The notes below the pieces were generated by a model, which was given only the letters and a program-made list of their open reading frames with translations, had not been told where the DNA came from and did no database searches. DNA of 64,000 bases from Candidatus Omnitrophota bacterium. GTDB lineage: Bacteria; Omnitrophota; Gorgyraeia; Gygaellales; Profunditerraquicolaceae. Within the stretch, counting starts at the first letter, position 1. Each line of letters opens with the position of its first letter. Below are positions 33,192 through 42,946 of this stretch, piece by piece. A program made the translations under genes and the position numbers. The stretch covers positions 147,696-211,695 of the forward strand of contig CAWDSS010000010.1 of assembly GCA_963805065.1 (NCBI GenBank), in the 5' to 3' direction.

Positions 33192-34325
33192 CTACTTAAG
33201 ATTTTTAGATTTCTTCCAGCTTTTAAAGCTTTGGAGGTATGCCTTAAATGCCGGCTTCCTGGAAAAATCATAGCGTATTATGCCAAAATCGTCAACTCCG
33301 TTATTCCAATGCCCTTTTGTATCGCGGAAAAACGCCCAGAATATTTTTTCCACGTGTTTATCCTTCAATAATTCTGAATATATTAATCTCAGCCACCCTG
33401 CCTGTTCCTCTTCGCTTGGGTTCTCCCCCATCCACCAGTTTTTTACCGAAAGGCCCTTTCTTACGCCGGGACAGCCTATTTCAGTAAGCCAGATTTTTTT
33501 CGCAGCATCGCCGTTTCTTGACATTACCTTATAAACCAAAGCAGGATACGCCTGTACTGCGTTCATCGCGCCTGGATTCAATGGCGTTTCAAAAAAATGG
33601 ATATTAAGGATGTCGAAATAATCCTTGCATCCGTTGTCATAAAGATGGTTAACGCTTGCCAATCCATTGGCTAAGCCGCCGTTTAGAATCTTGCATCCGG
33701 GGTCAGCCTTTTTAGCCGCAATATACACTTCTTTTAAAAGAAGGCAGTAACTTTTAAGCCCGTCCTGCTTTGCCCAGTAGGTATAGGAATCCGGTTCGTT
33801 CCATATTTCCCAATATTTTACCCTGCCTTTGTAACGGCTGATTACCTTGGTTGCAAAATCAACGAATAGCTTATTATCTTTAGGTGGATAATTCCACATC
33901 CTTTCTGACGATGCCCAACCGGCAGTATAATCCAAAATCCCCAGAATATTTATGTCGTTTTTAGCTAATAAACCGACAATCGTATCATATTTGGTAAAAT
34001 CGAATTTCCCCTCTTTTGGCTCGATATCCTCCCAGAGAAAATCCATCCTCACCCAGCCTGCGCCTGATTCTTTCATCAATTGCACGGCTTTTATTAAATC
34101 CTTTTTTGCAGAGTACCTGTAATTATTCCAGGAGTGCTGCCACTGCAAAAATTCCAATACTCCGAAAGGGTTATCCATATTTACGTCCCTGTTTTGAATC
34201 AAGCTACGCTGAACTATCCCGCAACAAACCACAAAAGCAATAGACACAACGATAACAACAAAAGCTATTTTATTTATGCGGCTGATCTTCAATATTGATA
34301 TAATCATCGAAGCTTGCTCTTTCAC
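33192..34325 (-). CDS. TIM-barrel glycoside hydrolase (GH5/GH39-like)
   Basis: 377 aa. WVRMDFLWEDIEPKEGKFDF and YWEIWNEPD (acid/base Glu context) are present, with WLTEIG as the nucleophile context. Confidence 0.6.
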   Translation of the reverse strand: MKEQASMIISILKISRINKIAFVVIVVSIAFVVCCGIVQRSLIQNRDVNMDNPFGVLEFLQWQHSWNNYRYSAKKDLIKAVQLMKESGAGWVRMDFLWEDIEPKEGKFDFTKYDTIVGLLAKNDINILGILDYTAGWASSERMWNYPPKDNKLFVDFATKVISRYKGRVKYWEIWNEPDSYTYWAKQDGLKSYCLLLKEVYIAAKKADPGCKILNGGLANGLASVNHLYDNGCKDYFDILNIHFFETPLNPGAMNAVQAYPALVYKVMSRNGDAAKKIWLTEIGCPGVRKGLSVKNWWMGENPSEEEQAGWLRLIYSELLKDKHVEKIFWAFFRDTKGHWNNGVDDFGIIRYDFSRKPAFKAYLQSFKSWKKSKNLK

Positions 34326-35628
34326 CCAATTCTTGTTTGACCATGCGTATTCTATCCGGAATATACGGATGCGTCTTAAAATAGGATAACGGTCTTAGCC
34401 GCTGTTTCCTTCCCACATCCTGCAACTTAAAAAGAAAGCTAATCATCCCATGCGGGTCATAACCTGCAAGTTTTGAATATTTGGTGCCCAATTTATCTGC
34501 AAGAAATTCGTCTTCCCTGCTATAACCCAGCATCAACTGAGTAACTGCGATATCCGCAGCTGCCCCCACGCTTGCTGAGTTGGATGTGGCGGCTGTCAGT
34601 ATCCTTAATACAGAATACAGTTGCGCGCCCTGGAGCCTCTTGATACTATGGCGGGCCACAATGTGGCCGATTTCATGGCCTAAAACTCCGGCTAGCTCAC
34701 TGTCATTAGCGACTTTTTCAATTAAGCCATTATTAACATAAACATACCCGCCGGGCAGCGAAAAGGCATTAACCTCTTTTTCATTGAGCACGTAAAAATG
34801 ATAGTCTATGTCTTTTCTGTCACAGACTGCAACCAGTTTCTTGCCGACATCTTCCACGCGCTTCTGGACCAAAGGGTCATCTACGAATTTATATTGTTTC
34901 TCTACCTGTTTGGATAAAGCAGCTCCCATTGCCACTTCCTTGTCGGTAGAGTAATAATAGCTTTCTTCTTCGCCGGTGGCAATGTTGTATTCCGTAGAAC
35001 AGCCGTATAATAAAAAGAGCGCCGAGAATAATAAGGGGAGCAATAAAATGCTTTGTATCTTGATGTCTAACTTTTTAAGCATCCTGTACAACTTTCTCAT
35101 TGGCAGGCCCACCACGTTATAGAAACAACCCTCGATACGTTTTATGAAAAATGCACCTCTACCCTGTATATCAAAACTGCCTGCCTTATCAAGCGGTGAA
35201 ACTTTCGCAAAATACGCAGATATCTCATCATCGCTTAATTTATCCATGTAAACTTTTGTCTTTTCATAATCGATAAGTTGCCTGCGTTTATTCTTGTCGA
35301 TTATTGCTATGCCGGTATAAAGCCATTGCGCATCTTTCGATAACCTTTTTAGCATCGCCCTTGCGTGTTTTAAGTTCCGGGGCTTACCGAAAATCTTTCC
35401 ATCCTGGACAACAATCGTGTCAGCTCCGATAATGATACCATCCTTTACTCTTTGAGCCGCTTCTTTAGCTTTGGCAAGGGCATTTCTTTTTACGATACCG
35501 GGATACGACAATCTTACAGGGTTTATCTTTTCTTCTGCCCTGCCGGACAATACCTTGAATTTCAATCCAAAAACTTCAAGTAGTTTCTTTCTGGCTTTAG
35601 AATCAGAGGCTAAATATATTTTTTTCAT
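34270..35628 (-). CDS. Maf-like nucleotide pyrophosphatase fused in frame to an M48 zinc-metalloprotease lipoprotein
   Basis: Residues 1-~180 are Maf (LASDSKARKKLL, GADTIVV, DKAGSFDIQG, NVVGLP). A signal peptide and lipobox follow (LLLPLLFSALFLLYGC), then the M48 domain (HEIGHIVARH). There are internal Met codons at 35100 and 35082. Confidence 0.7.
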   Translation of the reverse strand: MKKIYLASDSKARKKLLEVFGLKFKVLSGRAEEKINPVRLSYPGIVKRNALAKAKEAAQRVKDGIIIGADTIVVQDGKIFGKPRNLKHARAMLKRLSKDAQWLYTGIAIIDKNKRRQLIDYEKTKVYMDKLSDDEISAYFAKVSPLDKAGSFDIQGRGAFFIKRIEGCFYNVVGLPMRKLYRMLKKLDIKIQSILLLPLLFSALFLLYGCSTEYNIATGEEESYYYSTDKEVAMGAALSKQVEKQYKFVDDPLVQKRVEDVGKKLVAVCDRKDIDYHFYVLNEKEVNAFSLPGGYVYVNNGLIEKVANDSELAGVLGHEIGHIVARHSIKRLQGAQLYSVLRILTAATSNSASVGAAADIAVTQLMLGYSREDEFLADKLGTKYSKLAGYDPHGMISFLFKLQDVGRKQRLRPLSYFKTHPYIPDRIRMVKQELGERASFDDYINIEDQPHK

Positions 35629-35637
35629 AAGTCGTCA

Positions 35638-35681
35638 GCTATCAGTCGTCAGCCGTCAGCTGAAGACTGACGACTGATAGC
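35638..35681. terminator. hairpin built from GTCGTCAG-type words
   Basis: GCTATCAGTCGTCAG-14 nt-CTGACGACTGATAGC between the start of the 34270..35628 gene and the stop of the 35681..36925 gene. Confidence 0.45.
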
Positions 35682-36925
35682 TAAGAAAAAGCTGCACTTT
35701 CTCCTGCAAGATAACCAGTAGAAAATGCCGCCTGCAAATTAAATCCTCCGGTATCAGCGTCAATATCAATCATCTCTCCGCAAAAATATAAACCTTTGAT
35801 TAAACGCGATTCCATGGTCCGGGGGTTAATTTCTTTTAAAATTATTCCTCCCCGCGTTACCATTGCGTTTTCTATGGGCTCGGGCCTTACAATATCCAGC
35901 CGCATTGTTTTCAATAGATTAACTAAATTTTCGCGCTCTACCCTAGTGACCTGGCTGCTTAATTTTTCGGGATTAATTCCGGCTATCCCGATAAACACAT
36001 CTATGAGCCGCTGCGGCAACAAAGACTTTAGCGTATTCTTTATTGTTTTTTTGGAATTTAATGAAAATTCACGAAGCAGCCTGGCGTTTAACTGCTCTTT
36101 TGATAAAGCCGGCTTTAAATCAATTTCAACGTAAACACAACTAGACTCATGCAGCCAATCGGCAATCTGCCCGCTTAAACTTAACACCAGGGGCCCGGAA
36201 ATCCCAGAATCAGTAAATAACAATTCTCCTATTTCAGAAATAATTTTTTTCTTGCTATCGCTAAATTGCAGGCGAATATTCTTTAGGCTTAAGCCTTCCA
36301 GGGTTTTTGCATATTTTTGCCGCACAATTAGAGGCACTAAACCAGGTCTTAACGCAGTAACCGTATGCCCTAATTTTTTGGCTATCTCTAACCCTTCCCC
36401 TGTCGAGCCGGTAAAACCATAAGAAACTCCCCCGGTAGCTAAAATTATTTTATCCGCGGTTAAAAATTTTCCGCCTGAGAGAGACACTCCTCTAACTGCG
36501 TGGTCCTGGATAAAAATATCTTTCAGAATGGTTTTATACATAACCTTGACCTTATTATGCCCTAACTGATTCTTGAGCACTTTAAGAATGCTGTTTGACC
36601 TGTTGGCCGCGGGAAAAACCCTTAGCTGCCTTTCTACTTTAAGCTTAAGGCCCCTGGTTTCAAAAAAATTCATCAGATCCTGATTAAAAAATTTTTTAAA
36701 GGCGTCCCTTAAAAATTCGCCTCTACCGGAAAATCTTCTTAAAAAGTAATCTAATTCGCAGGCATTAGTAAGATTGCAACGGCCCTTACCGCTTAACAGG
36801 AGTTTTTTACCCAAGACAGGATTTTTTTCTATGAGAGTAACGTTACTGCGAAGCTGGCTGGCTCTTATCGCCGCCATCATTCCGGAAGGGCCGCCCCCAA
36901 CAACAACAATCTTCTTTTCATCCAC
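35681..36925 (-). CDS. HI0933/BaiN-like FAD-dependent oxidoreductase
   Basis: 414 aa. VVVGGGPSGMMAA (dinucleotide fold), GRCNLTN and the C-terminal YFCGEMIDIDADTGGFNLQ are present. Confidence 0.8.
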   Translation of the reverse strand: MDEKKIVVVGGGPSGMMAAIRASQLRSNVTLIEKNPVLGKKLLLSGKGRCNLTNACELDYFLRRFSGRGEFLRDAFKKFFNQDLMNFFETRGLKLKVERQLRVFPAANRSNSILKVLKNQLGHNKVKVMYKTILKDIFIQDHAVRGVSLSGGKFLTADKIILATGGVSYGFTGSTGEGLEIAKKLGHTVTALRPGLVPLIVRQKYAKTLEGLSLKNIRLQFSDSKKKIISEIGELLFTDSGISGPLVLSLSGQIADWLHESSCVYVEIDLKPALSKEQLNARLLREFSLNSKKTIKNTLKSLLPQRLIDVFIGIAGINPEKLSSQVTRVERENLVNLLKTMRLDIVRPEPIENAMVTRGGIILKEINPRTMESRLIKGLYFCGEMIDIDADTGGFNLQAAFSTGYLAGESAAFS

Positions 36926-36936
36926 AAAATTACCTT

Positions 36937-37497
36937 CTAGAGACCAAAATCTTTTATGCTGAATATCGAGTGAAGTTTCAAGCCGGAGTTTGCCAGATTT
37001 TCCCTTGCCCCTTCTTCTCTATCCACGATTACCAGGGCGCTGTCCACTTCAATTCCCATTTTATCCATTGCTTCTTTTGCCTCGATTAAAGCCTTGCCGG
37101 TCGTTGCCACGTCATCCACCAAAATAACCCGGTCTCCTTTTGTTAAGGCGGGGCCTTCTACCTGACGCTGCGTGCCGTGCTCTTTAGCTTGTTTTCTCAC
37201 GATAAAAGTCTTTAAAGGTAATTTATTTATGTGGCTTAATGCTGCAACGGCTCCCACAATAGGATCTGCGCCCAGCGTAGGCCCGCCTATAGCATGGATA
37301 TTTTTCCCTTTTATGAGCTCCAGGATTATGGATGCTACCAAATAAGCGCCTTCGGGTGTCAATGTAATGACTCTACCGTCCAGGTAATAATTGCTAATTT
37401 TGCCGGATGATAAAATGAATTTTCCTTTTTTAAGCGCCTGCTTCTCTAAAAGCTTAAATAATTTTTCTTTCAGCTCTCTTAACCCTTGTGTTTCCAT
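36937..37497 (-). CDS. pyrE: orotate phosphoribosyltransferase
   Basis: 186 aa. LSSGKISNYYLDGR and the PRPP loop VILVDDVATTGKA are present. Confidence 0.85.
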   Translation of the reverse strand: METQGLRELKEKLFKLLEKQALKKGKFILSSGKISNYYLDGRVITLTPEGAYLVASIILELIKGKNIHAIGGPTLGADPIVGAVAALSHINKLPLKTFIVRKQAKEHGTQRQVEGPALTKGDRVILVDDVATTGKALIEAKEAMDKMGIEVDSALVIVDREEGARENLANSGLKLHSIFSIKDFGL

Positions 37498-37530
37498 AAT
37501 GGTTTATTTTACTATTTTAAATATCTCCTG

Positions 37531-39186
37531 TCAACCCGCTTTCTCATGCTCTATGCGCAATAGATACTGGTTTCCTATGATTTTCAATACAGACATTTTG
37601 TATTGCTTACTGAGAGCGTGTTCCAGCTCTTCGGTCAATTTTTTGTTAAGAATAAAATATACTCCGGAGTGGCGCTTAAGATAGTCGTATATTTCTTGAT
37701 CTGAACCAATCATCGTTATTGGATGGGGGCTAAAGAATTGCGGTTTTGGGAACCCTATGCATATTACTTCTTTGTCCGTATAGTACCTTACGCCCCTGAC
37801 AAATGCCTTTGAGCAGATAATCGGGCCATCCACTGTATAATTTTTTAATAAATATTCGCTTATGGGCTTAGATGAGACGTATTGATCTAAGTCGTTATGC
37901 ATACAAAGACACGTTACCACAAGTGTCGGAAGCATTAAACCTAAAACAAAAACAGCTTTGGAAAATTTATGCCTAAAAATAAGTGAAGAAAATAATATTG
38001 AAAACCCGAATAATAAAAATATCAAGAAATAAAAAGGCAATTTCCAGGATAGGTAAAACGAATACCGCAGGAAAATGCCTATTAAAGCTAGCGGCATAAT
38101 AAACAGGATAATGGCGCAAGCCAGGGAAATACCAAACAATAAGCGCTTCTTGTTTTGGGACTCTATAGCATTATAAATAAAATCTCCTGTAATCACAGCT
38201 AACGCCGGAAAAAGAGGCAAAATATAGCTGACTAGTTTGGAATGGGCAAACTGAAAGACTATAAAAACTATTACTATCCAGGAAATAAGAAACGTATAAA
38301 AACTCTCTTTGCGTTGTCTTATATTCTTGAAGGCTGATATCAAAGCCGCAAGAGTAAACAGGCTCCAGGGAAACATTGTCCCTATCACAGAAAGTGGATA
38401 GAAATACCATCTATCGTTGGAGGGATGTTCTGCTACCAAAAACCTTCTGACATGGTCATTGTAAAAAAATTCCCTGCTGAAATCAGGACTGTATTTAATC
38501 ATCATGTAAACAAACCAGGGAAAAGAAATTAAGGCAAAGGCAATAAATCCCCATAAAGAATATTTATTGAACAAAAAAGCACTATCTTTTCTGATAAACA
38601 AAAATAAAAGGATAATTAATATAGGTATGAATAACCCCAGCGGCCCCTTTGTCAAAACTGCCAGGGCAGAAAAAATGAAAAACAGAACCAAGCCTTTGCC
38701 TTTCTTATTTTTGTCTGAATATCCCCCATAGAATGCCAACAAAGCAAAAAGAATAAATATGGAAAAAATCAAATCTGTAAATAAAGTCCTTGCCATGCCG
38801 ATATACAACCCGCTAGATAAGATAATTAGAGAAGAAATAAATGCCTTCTTTTCATTCTTAAGCCCTATTAATGAGAGAAAATAAACCGCTATTACGCCAA
38901 AACAGGCAAATACAGCCGGGAAAAGCCTCGCCGCGAAACTGGAAATGCCGAATAGCCCGAAAGCCACGCGCAAAAGCCAATATAAAAAAATGGGCTTTTC
39001 AAATTGCGGTTGGCCGAATAAATAAGGAGTCAGCCAACTGTTATGCTGGATCATCTCTTTTGCAGTTTGTGCGTAGAAAACCTCATCCGGGCTGGTAAGG
39101 CTAAGCAGGCCGTTTCCCAACATCAGAAAAAAATACGACAGGATAAATAGAATTATGATATATTTTAGGTTTTTCTTAACCACCAT
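37531..39186 (-). CDS. GT39/ArnT-like glycosyltransferase
   Basis: 551 aa polytopic protein. The N-terminal SPDEVFYAQTAKEM...FEKPIFLYWL is the PMT_2/ArnT signature. Confidence 0.75.
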   Translation of the reverse strand: MVVKKNLKYIIILFILSYFFLMLGNGLLSLTSPDEVFYAQTAKEMIQHNSWLTPYLFGQPQFEKPIFLYWLLRVAFGLFGISSFAARLFPAVFACFGVIAVYFLSLIGLKNEKKAFISSLIILSSGLYIGMARTLFTDLIFSIFILFALLAFYGGYSDKNKKGKGLVLFFIFSALAVLTKGPLGLFIPILIILLFLFIRKDSAFLFNKYSLWGFIAFALISFPWFVYMMIKYSPDFSREFFYNDHVRRFLVAEHPSNDRWYFYPLSVIGTMFPWSLFTLAALISAFKNIRQRKESFYTFLISWIVIVFIVFQFAHSKLVSYILPLFPALAVITGDFIYNAIESQNKKRLLFGISLACAIILFIMPLALIGIFLRYSFYLSWKLPFYFLIFLLFGFSILFSSLIFRHKFSKAVFVLGLMLPTLVVTCLCMHNDLDQYVSSKPISEYLLKNYTVDGPIICSKAFVRGVRYYTDKEVICIGFPKPQFFSPHPITMIGSDQEIYDYLKRHSGVYFILNKKLTEELEHALSKQYKMSVLKIIGNQYLLRIEHEKAG

Positions 39187-39922
39187 TTCCTTCTTTCAAA
39201 AGTTCGCTTATCGTCAGGAAGCTATAACCCTTCTTCTTCAATTGCTCGGCCAGTGGCTGGATTGCCTTAACCGTCTCGCTTCTATTCCCGCCTTCAGCGC
39301 TAAAGATTCCTCCGCTATCATGGAATAGAATTATGTCTCCGGGGCGTATGTTTTTGGTTAAATATTTTATAATGTATTTGTCGTCGAAGGTAACCCAGTC
39401 TTTTGAATTCAAAGACCAGAGGATAATCTTATATCCCATTTCCTTTACTTTCCTCTTTTCCCTCTTTGTCAGCCACGCCTTAGGCGGCCTGAAATAACGG
39501 GTAGTCTGGCCCGTGGCATTTCTAATCGCAACTTCGGCATCCCTTATCTCTCTTGCCATATCGCCCTTTTTATAATAAAGTAAAACATGATGGTCAAAAG
39601 TATGATTCCCTATCTCATGGCCCTCCTTGGCAACACGCCTTGCAACGTCAGGATATTCGGCTGCATGTTCACCCAGCATAAAGAAAGTAGCTTTAATGCC
39701 TTCTTTTTTAAGCTCATCCAAGATTTGCGGCGTCCAGACAGGTGAAGGTCCGTCGTCAAATGTTAATGCCACGACTTTACGCAAAGAGGCTACATGGTAA
39801 ATAGTCCCTTTTCTGGCAATCACCGCCTCATCAAAAAATATGCTAAGCATAGCTATCGCAAAAAGCGCAGCCGTCAGAATCAGAGCGAAAATTATAATCT
39901 TACGTTTTAATTTATTTTTCAT
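39176..39922 (-). CDS. polysaccharide deacetylase (CE4)
   Basis: 248 aa. VALTFDDGP, ATFFMLG and EGHEIGNHTFDH motifs are present. Confidence 0.85.
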   Translation of the reverse strand: MKNKLKRKIIIFALILTAALFAIAMLSIFFDEAVIARKGTIYHVASLRKVVALTFDDGPSPVWTPQILDELKKEGIKATFFMLGEHAAEYPDVARRVAKEGHEIGNHTFDHHVLLYYKKGDMAREIRDAEVAIRNATGQTTRYFRPPKAWLTKREKRKVKEMGYKIILWSLNSKDWVTFDDKYIIKYLTKNIRPGDIILFHDSGGIFSAEGGNRSETVKAIQPLAEQLKKKGYSFLTISELLKEGNGG

Positions 39923-39989
39923 ATTTGATTATTATATCATTAACAAGCAATTTTAAAAACAGATTATTGCGTCAATAGGCTCAATTATT

Positions 39990-40751
39990 TTGACAAATGC
40001 CTATTTCATTGTTATCATATTAACTATGCTACATTGGCTTTTAGGCGCTTTAACAGACATAATTTATCCAAAGGTATGCCTTTCCTGTAAAAAATTGCTA
40101 AACCAGGCAGCTACCTGTGAATTTATCTGCGAAAAGTGCCGGGACGATATTGCGATGAATGTGCCTCCTTTTTGCAAATTTTGCGGCAGGCGCCTAAAAA
40201 AAGCCAATATCACCAAAAGCATTTGCCCTGACTGCGTAAGGAAAAACCTGCATTTTGATTCGGCTTTTAGCCCCTGCGTTTACACAGGCGTTATCAAAGA
40301 TTTAATTCATGAGTTTAAATACAAAAACAAAGATTACCTGAGTAGTTTTCTTAGCAAGTTAATGATTAATTTTATCAAAGAATATAACATGCCTATTAAT
40401 TACATCGACTGTATCATACCTATCCCCTTGCATAAAACGAAGCTGCGCGAACGGGAATTTAATCAGGCGCAGGCCTTAAGCAGCTGTATTGCCAGGGAAT
40501 TCGGCAAAGAAGTCTTGAGTGGGGTGCTTCTACGTAACCGTCAAACTAAGACACAGACAGAACTTCAAACCCACGAGCGGTTGCTAAACGTCAAAGACTG
40601 TTTCCGTGTAGCTAAGCAGGAATTAGTGAGAGAGAAAAACATACTTTTAGTTGACGACGTATTAACCACAGGAGCGACTTCTTCAGAAGCAGCAAAGGCA
40701 TTAAAAAATGCAGGGGCAAATATCGTGTTTGTCCTGACCTTAGCGAACTAA
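39990..40751 (+). CDS. comF: ComF family protein (phosphoribosyltransferase-like)
   Basis: N-terminal Cys pairs (CLSCKK, CEKC, CKFCG, CPDC) and a C-terminal PRT loop (LLVDDVLTTGAT) are present. The start may be the downstream MLHWLLG. Confidence 0.75.
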   Translation: MTNAYFIVIILTMLHWLLGALTDIIYPKVCLSCKKLLNQAATCEFICEKCRDDIAMNVPPFCKFCGRRLKKANITKSICPDCVRKNLHFDSAFSPCVYTGVIKDLIHEFKYKNKDYLSSFLSKLMINFIKEYNMPINYIDCIIPIPLHKTKLREREFNQAQALSSCIAREFGKEVLSGVLLRNRQTKTQTELQTHERLLNVKDCFRVAKQELVREKNILLVDDVLTTGATSSEAAKALKNAGANIVFVLTLAN

Positions 40752-40754
40752 ACC

Positions 40755-41858
40755 ATGAGAATTCTACGCAATTATTTTTTAAAAGAGTTTATCGGCCCGT
40801 TATTTCTGGCATTGGGAGTGCTAACCTTTGTGATGATCTTAGGCAACCTCATAAGGATAGCTGACTTGGTAATAAATAAAGGCGTGGATATCTTCAGCGT
40901 ATCTAAGCTATTTTTATTTATGATACCGTCGCTTGTAAAATACACCCTTCCCATAGCAGCACTCGCTGCCGTGCTTCTATCCCTGGGCCGTCTTTCAAGC
41001 GACAATGAAATTATCGCCATAAGGGCAAGCGGCATAAACTTATTCAGCCTGATTGCGCCTCTTCTCATTGTCGGGCTGATATTGAGCCTGGTCTTGGTTA
41101 TATTTAACGACCGGGTCATACCTTATGCACATTATGCTTCAAGAAAAACACTGGTGGAAGTAGGGATAAAAAATCCTACTGCCGCGCTTGAGCCCGGTGT
41201 GTTTATAAATTCTTTTCAGAAATACGTCTTATTCATTTACAGCGTAGACCAGAAAAGAAATAAATTAGGAAACGTGCGCATATATGAACCGCAAGGCGAG
41301 GGTAAACCCACCAGAACCATTGTTGCTAAGTCAGGTGAGTTTATCAGCATCCCGGAAAAGAATATTATAAAGCTAAAGCTGATTGACGGGACTTCCGATG
41401 AACCGGACCCCAGCAATCCCGTTAATTTTTATAAATTGAATTTCAAAACTTATTTTATGAACCTGAACATGGCGCAGGCCAAGGATAAGGACAGTGTGGA
41501 GAAAAAACCCAAAGACATGACTATACAAGAATTAAATAACCAGATTTCCGGCCTGGAAAAAGAAAGCATAGATGCTGCTCCTTTGATTACGGAAATCCAT
41601 GAAAAAATCGCGCTTGCTTTTTCCTGTTTTATCTTTATTTTGCTGGGAATCCCCATGGCCATCATCACGCGACGAAGGGAGAAATCTATAAATTTCGGCA
41701 TGGCATTTATAATAGTAGGGATTTATTATATTCTTTTAATGGGCTCTGAGGCGTTAAGCCTGCAGGGTTATTTAATACCGCAGCTTGCCATGTGGCTACC
41801 CAACCTGATAATAGGCTCGATAGGCGCTTTCCTTACGTTTAGATTATGCGCATATTAG
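40755..41858 (+). CDS. LptF/LptG family LPS export permease
   Basis: 367 aa with the YjgP/YjgQ pattern (RILRNYFLKEF, SSDNEIIAIRASGI). Confidence 0.8.
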   Translation: MRILRNYFLKEFIGPLFLALGVLTFVMILGNLIRIADLVINKGVDIFSVSKLFLFMIPSLVKYTLPIAALAAVLLSLGRLSSDNEIIAIRASGINLFSLIAPLLIVGLILSLVLVIFNDRVIPYAHYASRKTLVEVGIKNPTAALEPGVFINSFQKYVLFIYSVDQKRNKLGNVRIYEPQGEGKPTRTIVAKSGEFISIPEKNIIKLKLIDGTSDEPDPSNPVNFYKLNFKTYFMNLNMAQAKDKDSVEKKPKDMTIQELNNQISGLEKESIDAAPLITEIHEKIALAFSCFIFILLGIPMAIITRRREKSINFGMAFIIVGIYYILLMGSEALSLQGYLIPQLAMWLPNLIIGSIGAFLTFRLCAY

Positions 41859-42946
41859 ACCGCTATATACTAAAATCTACCGTAGGCATCTTTTTCGCAT
41901 GCCTTTTTATGTTTCTCTTCCTCTATGTAATTATTGACGTATTTGCGCATTTAGACGACATACTGAAACAACATACAAATCTTTTGATTTTGGTTGAATA
42001 TTACCTGTCGTATTTACCTATCATATTCGTACAAGTCGCCCCAGTTGCCTGCTTATTGAGCACGCTTTATACATTCGCAAAATTAAACCGCAATAATGAA
42101 ATTATCGCCATGCGCGCGTCAGGCTTAAGCCTGTTTCAGATAACAAAAACAGTCCTTATCTTCGGCTTCATCATCAGCCTGTTTGTATTCTGGGTCAATG
42201 ACCGGTTCGTTCCCCGCTCCCTAGGTTTTACGGAGAAGATTAAATCCCGCATGGAAAGTGACAAACAAAATAATCAGGAAAAGAAACTGGAGGCAATTAA
42301 TTACCTTTCTATGTACGGTTCGAGTAATCGGTTATTCTTCATAAATAAATTTATCCCCTCCACAAATACAATGGAAGGCATAACCATTTTAGAGCATGAC
42401 GAACATCAGAATTTAACCAAAAAAATAGTGGCTAACAAGGGCGTGTTTAAGGAGGGGTTGTGGACTTTTTATCAAAGCATCACTTACAATTTTGACCGTA
42501 ACGGACAAATCCTGGAGGAACCCCAATACCTTGAAGAAGAAATAACGGATATTCCCGAAAAGCCCAGTGATTTTTTAACTCAGAGGCAGCGCCCGGATTT
42601 AATGACAATTTCACAGATGGATGATTACATATGGAAACTATCCAGGAGCGGGGCGAGCACTGTAATAAGGAACCTCAAGGTTGACCTGTATCAGAGATTT
42701 ACCTCTCCCTTGACCAGCTTGATTATCATAATTTTAGGGATTCCGTTTGCGCTGATGATCAGGAAACGCGCTACGGGGCTTTCTTCCATAGGCTTATCAA
42801 TTATCATGGGATTTTTTTATTATGTATTAAATGCCATAAGCATCGCCTTGGGCAAAGCAGGAATTCTCATTCCTGTGCTCTCCGTTTCTTTAAGCCATAT
42901 TATAGGTTTTGCAGTCGGTATTTACCTGATAACCACCCTGCCTTAA
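41846..42946 (+). CDS. LptF/LptG family LPS export permease (second paralog)
   Basis: 366 aa (RILDRYILKS, NRNNEIIAMRASGLS). It overlaps the previous gene. Confidence 0.8.
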   Translation: MRILDRYILKSTVGIFFACLFMFLFLYVIIDVFAHLDDILKQHTNLLILVEYYLSYLPIIFVQVAPVACLLSTLYTFAKLNRNNEIIAMRASGLSLFQITKTVLIFGFIISLFVFWVNDRFVPRSLGFTEKIKSRMESDKQNNQEKKLEAINYLSMYGSSNRLFFINKFIPSTNTMEGITILEHDEHQNLTKKIVANKGVFKEGLWTFYQSITYNFDRNGQILEEPQYLEEEITDIPEKPSDFLTQRQRPDLMTISQMDDYIWKLSRSGASTVIRNLKVDLYQRFTSPLTSLIIIILGIPFALMIRKRATGLSSIGLSIIMGFFYYVLNAISIALGKAGILIPVLSVSLSHIIGFAVGIYLITTLP

